Both the position numbers and the translations under genes were made by a program. Shown in pieces: positions 52,024 to 64,000 of a stretch of 64,000 nt of DNA (position 1 is the first letter of the stretch; every line of letters starts with the position of its first letter). Origin of the DNA: Octopus vulgaris (taxonomy: Eukaryota); NCBI GenBank assembly GCA_951406725.2, contig OX597817.1, positions 47,368,001 to 47,432,000 on the forward strand, read 5' to 3'. The notes beneath the pieces are model-generated. The model worked only from the letters and a program-made list of their open reading frames with translations, ran no database searches and had not been told where the DNA came from.

Positions 52024-52470
52024 TAGGAGTGGCTGTGTGGTAAGTAGCTTGCTTACCAACCACATGATTCTGGGTTCAGTCCCACTACGGGCATTTTGGG
52101 CAAGTGTCTTCTACTATAGCCTCGGACCAACCAGAGCCTTGTGAGAGGATTTGGTAGACGGAAACTGAAAGAAGCCCGTCGTATATATGTATATATGTGT
52201 GTGTGTATGTGTGTGTGTATGTGTGTGTGTGTGTGTGTGTATGTATATGTTTGTTTGTGTGTTTGTGTTTGTCCCCACAACATCGCATGACAACCAATGC
52301 TGGTGTATTTACGTCCCCGTAACTTAGCGGTTCGGCAAAAAGAGAACGATAGAATAAGTACTAGGCTTACAAAAAAATAATTCCTGGAGTCGATTTTCTC
52401 GACTAAAAGGCGGTGCTCCAGCATGGCCACAGTCAAATGACTGAAACAAATAAAAGAGTAAAAGAGAAAA
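52024..52470 (+). mobile_element. Family B SINE, inverted relative to 51270-51668
   Basis: Full-length copy. Confidence 0.85.
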
Positions 52471-52720
52471 AGAGTATCCACCTTTCAGCTACCGACTGCA
52501 AAACCAACACACAACGAACTAACACAGTAAACCAACACAGTCCAACTAACACCATCAACTACACCTTGACAGTTCAGACAGTTCTTATTTATTGAAATCC
52601 GATAGTCCACTTTCAGTCACATGGGGGTGTTCAGGATCCTCCCACAACACACTCTCATAGCCATTCAATGTCTAAAAGCTCCCTATTATATTTTAATGCT
52701 TAGATATCATTAGGAATTGC

Positions 52721-52949
52721 TTAACCCTTTACCATCTAAACCGAGTCATATTCAACCCAAATATGCGACCTGTTTTATGATTCAAACCAGCCAGATCCAG
52801 CCTATCACACCTATCATCCAATGTCCTGCTAAAAATATACAATCATATCATAGAAATCTTTAAGCTACTAGATAATGCATGATTAATTAAAACAATGTGA
52901 ATAAATAAGCATTACATTTGATGGAATACTCTGAATGCTAAAGGGTTAA
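52721..52949. mobile_element. TTAA-flanked MITE (second family)
   Basis: TTAA|CCCTTTA...TAAAGGG|TTAA. Other copies at 57062-57290 (inverted), 62846-63072 and a fragment at 61661. Confidence 0.8.
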
Positions 52950-53012
52950 AAAAATGTTTAAACATTTTGTGTATTGTGGAAGTATAACCAGTTTATTGCA
53001 CATGTATGTATA

Positions 53013-54185
53013 TCTATAATATAAATCCCGTTCTGTCTGTGTGTAGGTGAAAGATTATAACGGCCATATTTTTCAACTGATTTTCTCCAAACTGGGAACA
53101 TATATTACTTATGTTCCAGGGATGATTCTAGACTCTTAAAGTTTTTTACATAATAAGTAACAGGCCCCTTGGGGAAAAAAAACACCTGTTCCTGGGTTAC
53201 ATGGAGAAGGGAGGTAACTTCTTGTGAAGTAACTTTCAGAAATTGATTGCCTCCATTGGTCATAAAAATAATTGATTGCCTCCATTGGTCATAAAAATTT
53301 TTTAAATATTTACTTCTGGTCTTCTAGCATCAGTGATGTCTATATCTCACTATCTATCTTTATATATATCTTTATCCATCTCTATCTATCTCTCTGTATC
53401 ACTCTATATCTCATCTATCTATCTATATCTATCTTATTTGTCTAACTAGCTAGCTCGCTCTCTCTCTCTCTCCCTCCCTCTATATCTCACTCACTCTCTA
53501 TTGACTTCACTTTCATTTTTCGGATGCCATTGTTTTCACTTTAAGTTCAATCGTTATTGTTTTCACTGTAAGTTTTCAATTGCTACTTACAAACACCGAT
53601 GACAAATTACTGACAGAAAGAAGTTCACAATTACTGATGAAAGTAATTTCATACATAATTTACAGACAGAAGTAACTTCAAAATTTTCACTTAAATCTAT
53701 TCACTTAGTTAATTTCCCTACAAATTTCTTATTTACTTCAGCAACAGTTTTGTGTTTTTCTGTTAACGGCTTTTTTTCTGGTTCCTTCAATACTGGCTCT
53801 TTAGTTCACTGACAAATTTTGCTTCAACCTGTATAATTATTTATTTTCAGTAAAAATTTATGTACTTACTGCCTGTTGTATAAAGAAATATAATTTCCAT
53901 TACACAGTTATTTTCATTGTTTACTATCTTCTGCACCTGTGTATAACTATGTCTAGAAAGTAAGTGTCAAATTTGTCTACAATGTCATGGTCATCCAAAA
54001 GAATGTCTCTGTCCAGGGAAAGAGAGACAGTTGCAGAAAGGAAAGCACACCAAGAAATGAACAGACTGTGCACTACAAAATCCAGAGCATCTCAAAGTGA
54101 TGAATAGAGGTACGCACAGCTGAGAAGAAATAGGATCTCCACTGCAGAGCAAAGAGCATTTGCAACAGCTCAAAGAAGCAACTCT
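53013..54185 (+). mobile_element. 3'-truncated Helitron-like element
   Basis: A|TCTATAATATAAA...ctgtctgtgtgt head. Decayed R/Q/E-rich N-terminal-like coding sequence at ~53980-54180; no CTAG end seen. Confidence 0.55.
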
Positions 54186-54727
54186 AAGCATTTCGCCCGG
54201 CATGCTAATGATTAGCTCACCGCCCCTTTCTATATTATTGGCATAATGACCCTTCCCAAAAACCAAGTGTTAAACTTGTGCAAAAACAAGTCAGATATTA
54301 AAAATAACGAAAAAAATTTCAAATGAAAACCTCAAAGCACAAACCTGTCACTTGTCAGTTACAGTGTTACTAATTACCGTACGCTCATGTTTTCAATTCC
54401 CTTTTGTTTTAAATATAAACGACCAAGTGCTTCATCTGTAAACTTAACCCAGAAAGTAATCCCTTTGTATCAGGAGAATCATGTCAGCCTCAGAGCTACA
54501 GGGAGGCTTTCTATGTTGCGGTTTTTTTTTGATAATGTTTAACATAAGAAAATATCACACATCTGTGTGTGTGTGTGTGTGTGTCTATGTGTGTCTGTGT
54601 GTGAATGTGGGGGCTGTAGGTTGTAGAAGGCCAGGTTGTTGAAGAAGAAATCACTAAATTAAAAACTATGATTTCTATCCCATCAGAGGCACAGTGCATG
54701 TTTAAACCCAGAACCCTGCACTGACTA

Positions 54728-54760
<33 letters not shown>

Positions 54761-55197
54761 TGGTGAATCTGGTGTTTGTGGCAATGACGGTGATGGTGGT
54801 GGTGGTGGTGTGTTTGTGTGTATGTGAGTGTTGTGCACATCTGCATGTGTATGAGTGCATGTCGTGTGGCATGCATTTTGAAATGTATTCCTTTGAATAA
54901 TGCGCATGTGTGTGCAGAGAATGTAGTTGTTTAAAATATGCATCTTTCTGTTTAAAATGCATATGTTTGTGCACATGCATATTAGTTTGAAAACAGCACT
55001 TGTTTAAAAATCATTCACATTCGCTTAAAAATCCTGTGTGAGTTTAAAAAGGATTGTGTATTTGTGTGTGTGTGTTTGAAAAGGATGTACATGTGCAAGT
55101 GTGCAACGTGTGTTTTGCACTGACTTAGTGAAGTGATACATGGTAAATTATATAAGTTGAATCTCATACATGATTACAAAAAAATGCTTCATATACT

Positions 55198-55598
55198 CTC
55201 TTTATTTTGTTTCAGTCATTTGACTGTGGCCATGCTGGAGCACCACCCTTGGTCGAGCAAATCGATCCCAGATCTTATTCTTTGTAAGCCCAGTACTTAT
55301 TCTATCAGTCTCTTTTGCTGAACCGCTAAGTTATGGGGACGTAAACACACCACCATCAGTTGTCAAGCGATGTTGGGGGGACAAACACAGACACACAAAC
55401 ATATACACACACATGCATATATAAAAACATATGTACGATGGGCTTCTTTCAGTTTCCGTCTACCAAATCCACTCACAAGGCTTTGGTCAGCCCGAGGCTA
55501 TAGTAGAAGACACTTGCCCAAGGTGCCACGCAGTCGGACTGAACCCAGAACCATGTGGTTCGTAAGCAAGCTACTTACCACACAGCCACTCCTACGCC
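55198..55598 (-). mobile_element. Family B SINE
   Basis: Full-length copy. Confidence 0.85.
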
Positions 55599-57559
55599 TA
55601 TATGTTGCAGTGTTGCTAATGAAATTCTTCACCAATTTACAGAGCCATTCAGTCACAGGAAAATAGCGAAAGTCATCTTGGATGTGAAAGAAGGAAACCA
55701 ATGCGAACTTCAGTAGGTTACAATTTATAGGGAGCAACTGCAGGCCACTCAAATCAATGAAACATCAAATACCAACACACATATGTGCAAGCACACACAC
55801 ATAGATAGATAAACAGAAAATTCTGAAATACAAAGTAAACTAAAGCAAACGAGATGCAGTACATGTACATATACAAACACAGATGTGCCTATGGTGAGAC
55901 TTGACACATAAGTTTGATCTAATAAAAGAAGAAACTAGAACAAAATATTCAAAAACCTAGCATACGCAAACATCAACACACAAGATCACACACATATATA
56001 AAAGTGTCTGCGTATATCTCACATGCATGCAGGCACACACATACATGCAAACACATAATTCTTCCTAAGGATTTCTTGATATTCCCTTATTAACCGATCG
56101 AGTTCAATTTGGAGCATTAACATTCCTAAATCTATTAGCATTTCATTAGCATTTCAAAGATATCTCAGCTCCAAAACTCTGAAGGAAATTATAACAAAAT
56201 GGCAGGCTATCAGGTTATCAAACATTTTGCATTCAATTGCAAAGGATCATGGGAGTACTGATGATATTTTTCTTGTTTTTCTTTTTGATTATTTTTTTTA
56301 TAGCAGGTTTAAAAAATTAATACTCAAATCTGGTAGTTTTTGCAGCTACTTTCACAAGAATTGTATCTCTAAGTTGAACTTTGGCTGAGGCATATACTTT
56401 TGAAAAAAAATCACCATTAATATTTTTCTAATATTTTTGTACTATTCTACATAGAATTGTAGCGTTGTCAACAATCATTTTTCTGTTTATTTCCTTGCAT
56501 GTTTTTCTACTTATTTTTTGCAGTAAACAACGGTAATGTTTTTACTTGTATCACGAATATTACTGTCTGATTTCAGAAGTCTACAACTGAATCTCTAAAC
56601 AAGTGTTGCTTGAAGAACTAACAAACGGAAGAAGAAGCATAGGATTCCCAACTCTGTGCTTTAAGGACCAATGTAAAACTACTCTGAAAGAGTTCTTTAC
56701 GGACAAAGGAAAATAAGAAGAGTCAGCAGAGAAGCACAATAAATGAAGACCAGCTGTGCACGGAGGATCCAAAGTTCATGAAGATACCTGCATTCAGCAT
56801 GTTAAAACGGTAACACAACAATGTAAATCAATGTTTCTCAACTATTTTTACCTATGGACCACCTTGATTACTATTTTACTCAGGTAGATCCTCCAGCTAT
56901 TCAATGTTATCTTTTTTGGGGTTTTTTTTTTTTTTTGCTGATATTATTTGCATCCCATCTCACTGATATATGAGTTTTTCTCAACTATTTTTTACCGATG
57001 GGTCCATTGGACCCTTTTGATTCCCATTTTATTTGGCTAGACCCTCAAAGCCATTCAATGTTTAACCCTTTAGTGTTCACATTATTCTGCCAAAATTAAT
57101 GCTTTTTTATCCACATGGTTTTGAACTAATCATGCATTATCTTGTAGCTATGAGATTTTGATGAGGTAACTTTTAAATTCTAAAACAATATTGTAGGGTT
57201 GGTGTGAGAGACCAGATCTAGCCAGTTCGAACATAAAACAGGTAGAATACTTTTGGCTGGATATGGCTGGTTTAAATGCTAAAGGGTTAAAAAAAAATTC
57301 TAATATATCTTTATAATTAAATATTATTAGGAACTGTATAAAAAAAATCGTTCAAATGTTTTGCATATTGCAGATAAATTTTAACAAAATAACTTACATG
57401 GACCTCCAAGGATCACAATGACCTTGCTGAAGAATTACAGATGCAAATGTTCCTTCTGCTTCAATATTGCTCGACTGCAATCATGGTTAAAAATCATAGG
57501 ACTTAGCCAAGAAAAACACTGTTCAGGAAGAAGTTAAGTGAAGGAGTTGAATATAAGAG

Positions 57560-57730
57560 GTGTAGGAGTGGTTGTGTGGTAATTAGCTTGCTTACAAACC
57601 ACATGGTTTCAGGTTCAGTCCCACTGCATGGCACCTTGGGCAAGTGTCTTCTACTATAGCCTTGGGCCGACCAATGTCTTGTGAGTGGATTTGGTTGACG
57701 GAAACTGAGAGAAGCTCGTCGTATATATGC

Positions 57731-57764
<34 letters not shown>

Positions 57765-58017
57765 ATATGTATATATATATGTATGTGTGCGCGTATATGT
57801 TTGTGCATCTGTGTTTGTTCCCCCAACATCGCTTGACAACCGATGCTGGTGTGTTTACGTCCCTGAAACTTAGCGGTTCGGCAAAAGAGACCGATAGAAT
57901 AAGTACTAGGCTTACAAAGAATAAGTTCTGGGGTTGATTTGCTCGACTAAAAAAAAAAGTGGTGCTCCAGCATGGCCACAGTCAAATGACTGAAACATGT
58001 AAAAGACAGTAAAAGAG
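57560..58017 (+). mobile_element. Family B SINE
   Basis: Full-length copy. Confidence 0.85.
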
Positions 58018-59325
58018 AATCAGAAATGAACAAAGAAGTTTCTGTCCCTGAAATACTGTCAACCAATGACAAAATGGACAGACACAACTATCGTGTTTAC
58101 AGTCATCGTCATCATCGCCGCTGCTGCCTTCCTCCCCACTTCTTCATCCCCCTCTTCCATTCCCTCCCCAAATCTCTCTTTTATTCACTGAAAATACTGC
58201 AAAAGTTAAACAGGGACATAGATTTGAACTTGGTACTTGAATTTTATGTCTACATGCAAAAGTTCATGAATGTATGTACATGCACGCATGCATGTATGTG
58301 TGTGTGTTCTGCATGTATGCACACATGCATCGCCGCTGCCATTTAACATCTGCTTTCCATGTCGACATGGGTTGGATGGTTTGACAAGAGCTGTAAAGTC
58401 AAAGGGCTGCACCAAGCTCCAGTCTGTTTTGACAAGGTTTCTATGGCTGCATGCCCTTCCTAACACCAACCACTATATAGAGTGTACCGGGTACTTTTTA
58501 TATCTGCTTTCCATGTTGGCATGGGTTGGACTGTTTGGCAGGAGCTGAAAAGTCGAAAGGCTGTGCCAAGCTCCAGTCATCTGTTTTGACATGGTTTCTA
58601 TGGCTGCATGCCCTTCCTAACACCAACCACTATATAGAGTCTACCGGGTACTTTTTACATGGCACCAGCATAACTGTCTTTTTATGAGGTACCAACACCG
58701 GTGCTTTTCAGGTGATACTGGCACAAGTTGCTTTGTATGTGGTGCCAGCACAGGTGCTTCTCATGCAATGCCTGCACTGGTGCTTTCTGTGTGGTACTGT
58801 CATGGGTGATATTTAAATAGCACTGGCATGGGTGCTCTTTATATGATGCTGGCACAGGTGTTTTTACATGACACCACCACAGGTGCTTCTTATGTGGTGC
58901 CAGCATATTGGAATTTATATATCACCTGTTTTTGCCTCTCTGTCACAATCTAGCCTTTCATCATCTGGCACAAGATCCCTTCCTCCAATGCCCCCCACCC
59001 CTCTCAAAGATTCCTTGTCTTGCAAGTTACTTGGTGACCCTGCTGGTGCTGGTGCCACATAAAAAGCATCCAGTCCACACTGTTAAGTGGTTGGCACTTG
59101 GAAGGGCATCAGGCTGTAAAAAAAATCATGCCAAAACGAACCCCAGCTGTGCTAGTGCCATGTAAAAAACACTGAGTCCACTCTGCAGAGTGGTTGGCGT
59201 TAGGAAGGGCATCCGTCCGTAAAAAACCCTGCCAATACAGACACAGTAGCATGGAGTAGTCTTCTACCTGGCCAGCTCCTGTCAACTGTCCTACCCATAC
59301 ATGCATGGAAGATGGACATTAAACT

Positions 59326-59530
59326 ATGATGATGATGATGATGATGACAATGACAATGATGATGATGATGACAACGATGATGATGACAACGATGATGATG
59401 ATGATATGATGATGATGAGAACGATGACAACGATGATGATGACGACGACGATGATGATGATGATGACAATGATGATGATGACGATGATGACAATGATGAT
59501 AATGACGATGATGACGACGACGATGATGAT
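59326..59530. repeat. (GAT/GAC)n tract extending a family C tail
   Basis: Direct reading. Confidence 0.9.
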
Positions 59531-59898
59531 TTCTAGCATGAAGGTCTGTGATTTGTTGATTTGTGACTTTCTGTTAATAAGAAAGTTTTCCATTCTGGGT
59601 TTATTGTGTTATATACTAGCAGAGAGTTAGTGATTAAGTGCTAGCATGTGTTATGTGTCCTGTTTTATGAGTTTTTTTGTTTTTTTTGCAATAGTGTATT
59701 AATCTACTCTGAAGTTAGGATGTATTTGGTTCTAGCAGTATAATGAAAACTACCAAACTTAACTATTCAATAATTTTTAAACCAGCACTGAGTAGAAAAA
59801 ACGAAAAAAAAAAAAACTACAAAGGAAAAAATACCCAACACTCACACGATTCTTTGTGATCCAACACAAACCATGGGAACATATGCCATTCTATTATC

Positions 59899-59946
59899 AT
59901 TCGATTCTGAGGATGGAGCTGAGAGAGCTTTGAAACGTTAATGAAT
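59899..59946 (+). ncRNA. Minimal type I hammerhead motif
   Basis: ATTC-G-ATT/AAT-GAAT stem I; CTGAGGA-T; GGAGCT-GAGAG-AGCTTT stem II; GAAAC-GTT with palindromic AACGTT. Confidence 0.7.
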
Positions 59947-60747
59947 TAATGGATTTAGGAATGCTAATGTTCCAAATTAAACATAAAGAACTGTTTTAAA
60001 GTTCTGTTTTAAAGGAAATATGAAAAAAAAAATCGTTAATAAACAGACGATCAAACTCAAACATAGCCGTGTCTTTAATATGACATGTTGAAAATACAAG
60101 CAGTTCGCAAAATATATATATATATATACATATATAAATAAACATGTACATGTGGGTGTGTGCATGCAAGCACAACATACACACATACATGCATGCATGC
60201 ACATACATTCATAAAGTTTTGCACACAGACATAAAATACGAGGGAATATGTCAAAATTGTCAAACTTGACAAGTACCAAGCACAAATCTTTAGGCCCGTG
60301 TAAGTTTTGCAGTATTTTCAGTCAATAAAAGAGAGCTTTGAGGAGGGAGAGGAAGATGGTGGGGAGGAAGGAGAAGGAAGAGGAAGGCAATGAGGGGAGG
60401 AAGGGAGGTGCTGAAGGATGATGGAAGGAGAGAAAGGGAGACGGGGAAAAGGGCTGGGTATGTAAGTAGGCAGGTAACTGGTTAGGTGGGTGATTGGGTG
60501 GATGGAATGATGGATAGATGAGCAAATAGATAAATAGATAGACAGACAGATATACCGATACATGCATAAATAGAACAGAAAGTTGGATTTGGAGAATCAA
60601 GCAAAACTTGTGGTAGGTGCTCCAGCTGAGGAACTGGCTATCAGATCTCATACCAATTAGATTATGATGTAATTCAATGTGACTATGCATCTGAAAATCC
60701 CGGATGCACAAACAGTACTATTTTAATAACTTTAGTAATAAGCAAGG

Positions 60748-61183
60748 AACCAAGAGATTTGAGATGCAAAAGAAGATTTAATACTTTCATATGGTCACAG
60801 CTGTTTCATAATTTATTCCAGTTACATCATTAATTTCAAATCATATGTACATTTATAGTATATTTAGCACATAGTTATATGTATATGCTATATATGTACA
60901 TAGACAGTGAAATTAATAACATCATCATCATTATCGTTGTCAATTAATGCCTGCTTTTCATGCTGGCATGGGTTGGATGGTTTGACTGAAGACTGGCAAA
61001 CTGGGAGGTTGCACTAGATTGTACTAAATATACTATGAATGTACATATACTTTGAAATTAATGATGAAACTGGAGTAAATTATGAAACAGCTGTAACCAT
61101 ACAGAAGTATTAAATCTTTTCTCTCACAGATTTTTGTAACCATACTGAAGTATTAAATCTTTTCTCTCACAGATCTCTTGGTT
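60748..61183. repeat. Foldback (~120-bp arms) with a family C fragment in the loop
   Basis: 60748-60870 is inverted at 61021-61183, with a ~35-bp tandem duplication in the right arm; contains GAAAC-AGCT-GTA. Confidence 0.75.
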
Positions 61184-61480
61184 TTAAGCTTATGATATAT
61201 GTGAACAGAGAAACACAAACCAACAGATAGATCCATATACTCTGCTTGATGTTTTCACTTTCACCTGCTTGCAAAACTAAACATATTAATACAAAACCAC
61301 AGACTCGTATAGACATTCTCTTCCATTTCTCTCATTCCCTCTCACTCTCACACACACACATACATGTCATAAAACCATGTACAGTGTAACTGAAGCAAAC
61401 GATTTACAAGCAGACATTCTGTCTATCAAAGAGAGAATAAGTACCAAACATAACAGAAACTGAAGCGTAACAAAAATTAC

Positions 61481-61570
61481 CATTTGACTCCAAGACTTCT
61501 GAGGTAAGACGTATGGTAAAGGGGTATTCTTCCGGTATGATAGCCTGCAACCCTTTTTCAGCCAAGTCAC
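61481..61570 (-). CDS. PNPT1: PNPT1 internal exon (90 nt): (G)[29 protein letters not shown](G)
   Basis: Aligns to human [31 protein letters not shown]. Acceptor atttgcacag, donor gtaatt; phase 1-1, in frame with neighbours. Confidence 0.95.
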
Positions 61571-62134
61571 CTGTGCAAATTAGAAGAAAATAAATATTCT
61601 TTACAATATCATATGTACCACAATAAAAGCTAACCCTAGTATAAAAGATGACACCAAAAACTTAACCCTTTAGCATTTAAACTGGCTATATCTAGCTAAA
61701 ATACCCGTCATGTATTGAGGTCAATGGTTGGTGTAATGACAAACACCTTTCCCCTAAAATTGTTATCTCTTATCCCAAGATTTGAAGGAATATGAATTCC
61801 ATCAAGATCAACTTTCTCTTTCATTCTTCTGGGATTGATAAAATAAAGGAGCAGTCAAGTACTGGGTTGGTGTGATTGACTAAGACCCCACCCCTAAAAT
61901 TGCTGACCTCGTGCCAAGATTTGAACTCACTTTTATTATTTTAATTATGGCAATGAAATGGCAGCATCATTGGTGTGTTGGAAAACATGCTTTGCAGTAT
62001 TAAATTCAACCACTTTATATTCAGAATTTAAAATCTTGCCACGGTCATTATTTCAAAGTTGATGTAGAGTACCAAGTACTTGACTAAAAACACTTACCCT
62101 CACAATTGCTGGCCTTGTGCCAAAATCACAAACT

Positions 62135-62330
62135 ATTATTACCTCTGCCTTAGTGAAGGAGGAGGTATTGTTTTCAGTTGTATTTGTTTGTTTGTCCATG
62201 CACAAGATAGCTCAAGAACTGCTGTATAGATTCAGATGACACTTTCAGGGATGTTTGGCCTCGTGACTGGCACAAACTGATTAGATTTTGGGATCAATCT
62301 GGTACCGGACAAGGATTCTGGATTATTTGT
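62135..62330 (+). mobile_element. Helentron/DINE-like non-autonomous element fragment
   Basis: ttattacctctgcc...ggaggtattgttttc...(ttgt)n head, recalled as typical of HINE/DINE elements. Confidence 0.45.
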
Positions 62331-63342
62331 TATATTTACTTTACATGATTACGATCTTACGATGACTTTCAAGTCTTTCGCAATTATCTGCCTTTAGGCG
62401 CTTTCAGATGTTTTATTTTCGTTTCTCTATTATTAATTTTACTCGCATCTCTCTCAGTAGAAACTGATGGTTAAGGAAATCAAACTACATAAACAAACGG
62501 CAGCAAAACCATTCAGAAATTGAATAACACTAACATATTTTTATAATATATATGTGAGATATTATACATGCATATGAACACTTTACAGTATACTTACATA
62601 TATACATACATCTATACATTGATCTAAAACATCAGGAACACTAAAGGAAGGCCGGGATTTGAGAGAAGAGAAAACCGAAAGGTCTCATGCTATTCATTTA
62701 AAAATTCCTGAGTAGGACTTATTATTATTATCCTCCCCCTAGAAACTATTTTCAATGGTGAATTTGTTAACTTTGGCTTGTGTTAGATAAAGACAAACTA
62801 ATCATTACTATATGCAAAGATGGGTCCTTGCTCAGTTTTAACACATTAACCCTTTAGTATTTAAACTGGCCATATCCAGCCAAAATAGTTAATCTGTTTT
62901 ATGTTCAAACTGACCAGATCCAGGCTCTCACACCTACCCTACAATGTTATTCTACATTAAGTAATTACACCATCAAGATCTTGAAGATATGAGATAATGG
63001 ATGATTAATTCAAATCAATGGGGATCAATAGGCATTATGTTTGATAGAATAATCTGAACACTAAAGGGTTAAAAACTATTTTTCCTGAATAAACGCTGCT
63101 GAAATTAAGGTGCACTCAATACATTTTGGATGCCTCTTTATGGCATCTAAAATGTTATATATTTAATCACCCATGAACTTTGAATCAAATTTGCAACATC
63201 AGCCAAAGTTATCCTGTAAAAATTTTGAGATCTGTTTTTAAAATTTTACATCAATTGTATGCGTCTGCAAATTTAGGAAATATTTCACAAGTTCTTATCT
63301 GGGTTTGCAGTTATAGTATTGAAGAGTATAAATTTTAAGTAC

Positions 63343-63409
63343 CATGTCCAATTTCTCGTCTTCCAATGCTAGATAGCCGGCCAGTATCATTCGTGGCATA
63401 TGGTGGAAA
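63343..63409 (-). CDS. PNPT1: PNPT1 internal exon (67 nt): [22 protein letters not shown](G)
   Basis: Matches the PNPase motif FPPYxxxE...RRExGHG. Acceptor ttccatttcag, donor gtactt; phase 0 to phase 1. Not in the ORF track. Confidence 0.95.
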
Positions 63410-64000
63410 CTGAAATGGAAAGAATGTGGTGAGTTAAAAAATAAAAGTATTGAAAGTATAGAGGAAAGATTCAAAGGGTTAAATGAAAATCTGAGCTGAA
63501 ATCTCATTATCTTTTATTCTTTTACTTGTTTCAGTCATTGGATTGCAGCCATGCTGGGGTACCATCTGGAAGGGGTCAGTCGACCAAATCTATTCCAGTA
63601 TTTATTCTTTATTCGAATTCCACCAAGGTCGACTTTGCTTTTCATCTTTTTCAGGGTCGATAAATTAAGTACCAGTTGCCTCCTGGGGCCAATCTAATTG
63701 ACTGGCCCCCTCCCCAAAAATTTTGGGCCTTGTGCCTAGTGTAGAAAAGAATATTTATTCTTTATTTTTTATTTGCTTTTTTGGGGTTTTTTTGTTTTGT
63801 TTTTTGGGTTTTTTTTTTTTTTTGTGGGAGCAGGGTCTGGTACTTATTCTGTCAGTCTCTTTTGCAATATTGCTGTGTTATGGGAATGTGAATAAACAAA
63901 CACCTGCTGTCAAATGATGATAGGGACAAACATGATATAAACACAAAGACATACAGATGCCCACACAGATATATATATACATATATACACATGCATACAC

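Noticed and set aside
60678-60690. Reverse complement of the miR-153 5' end (tgcatagtcaca)
   Set aside because: Only about 12 nt match and there is no precursor hairpin.

Overview
AT-rich, repeat-dense eukaryotic DNA, most likely octopus/coleoid cephalopod (inferred from the SINE families and microsatellite load). The only host gene seen is PNPT1 (mitochondrial polynucleotide phosphorylase) on the minus strand. Four internal exons (63409-63343, 61570-61481, 28116-27953, 6247-6176) splice in frame to encode the second RNase-PH catalytic domain, across introns of 1.8, 33.4 and 21.7 kb. The introns hold at least four SINE-like families, a 5'-truncated RTE LINE with one stop, older LINE fragments, Helitrons (one with a PIF1 helicase fragment), TTAA/piggyBac-, hAT- and Tc1-type MITEs, and mini/microsatellites. 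The main unexpected signal is more than a dozen minimal type-I hammerhead ribozyme motifs, from intact to decayed, with palindromic stem III. Most sit in short non-coding elements embedded in (TA)n tracts, often with foldback plus direct-repeat architecture typical of Penelope-like elements or retrozymes. One multicopy family has a non-canonical CUGUNGA core. All structures were read by eye, with no folding software or database search.
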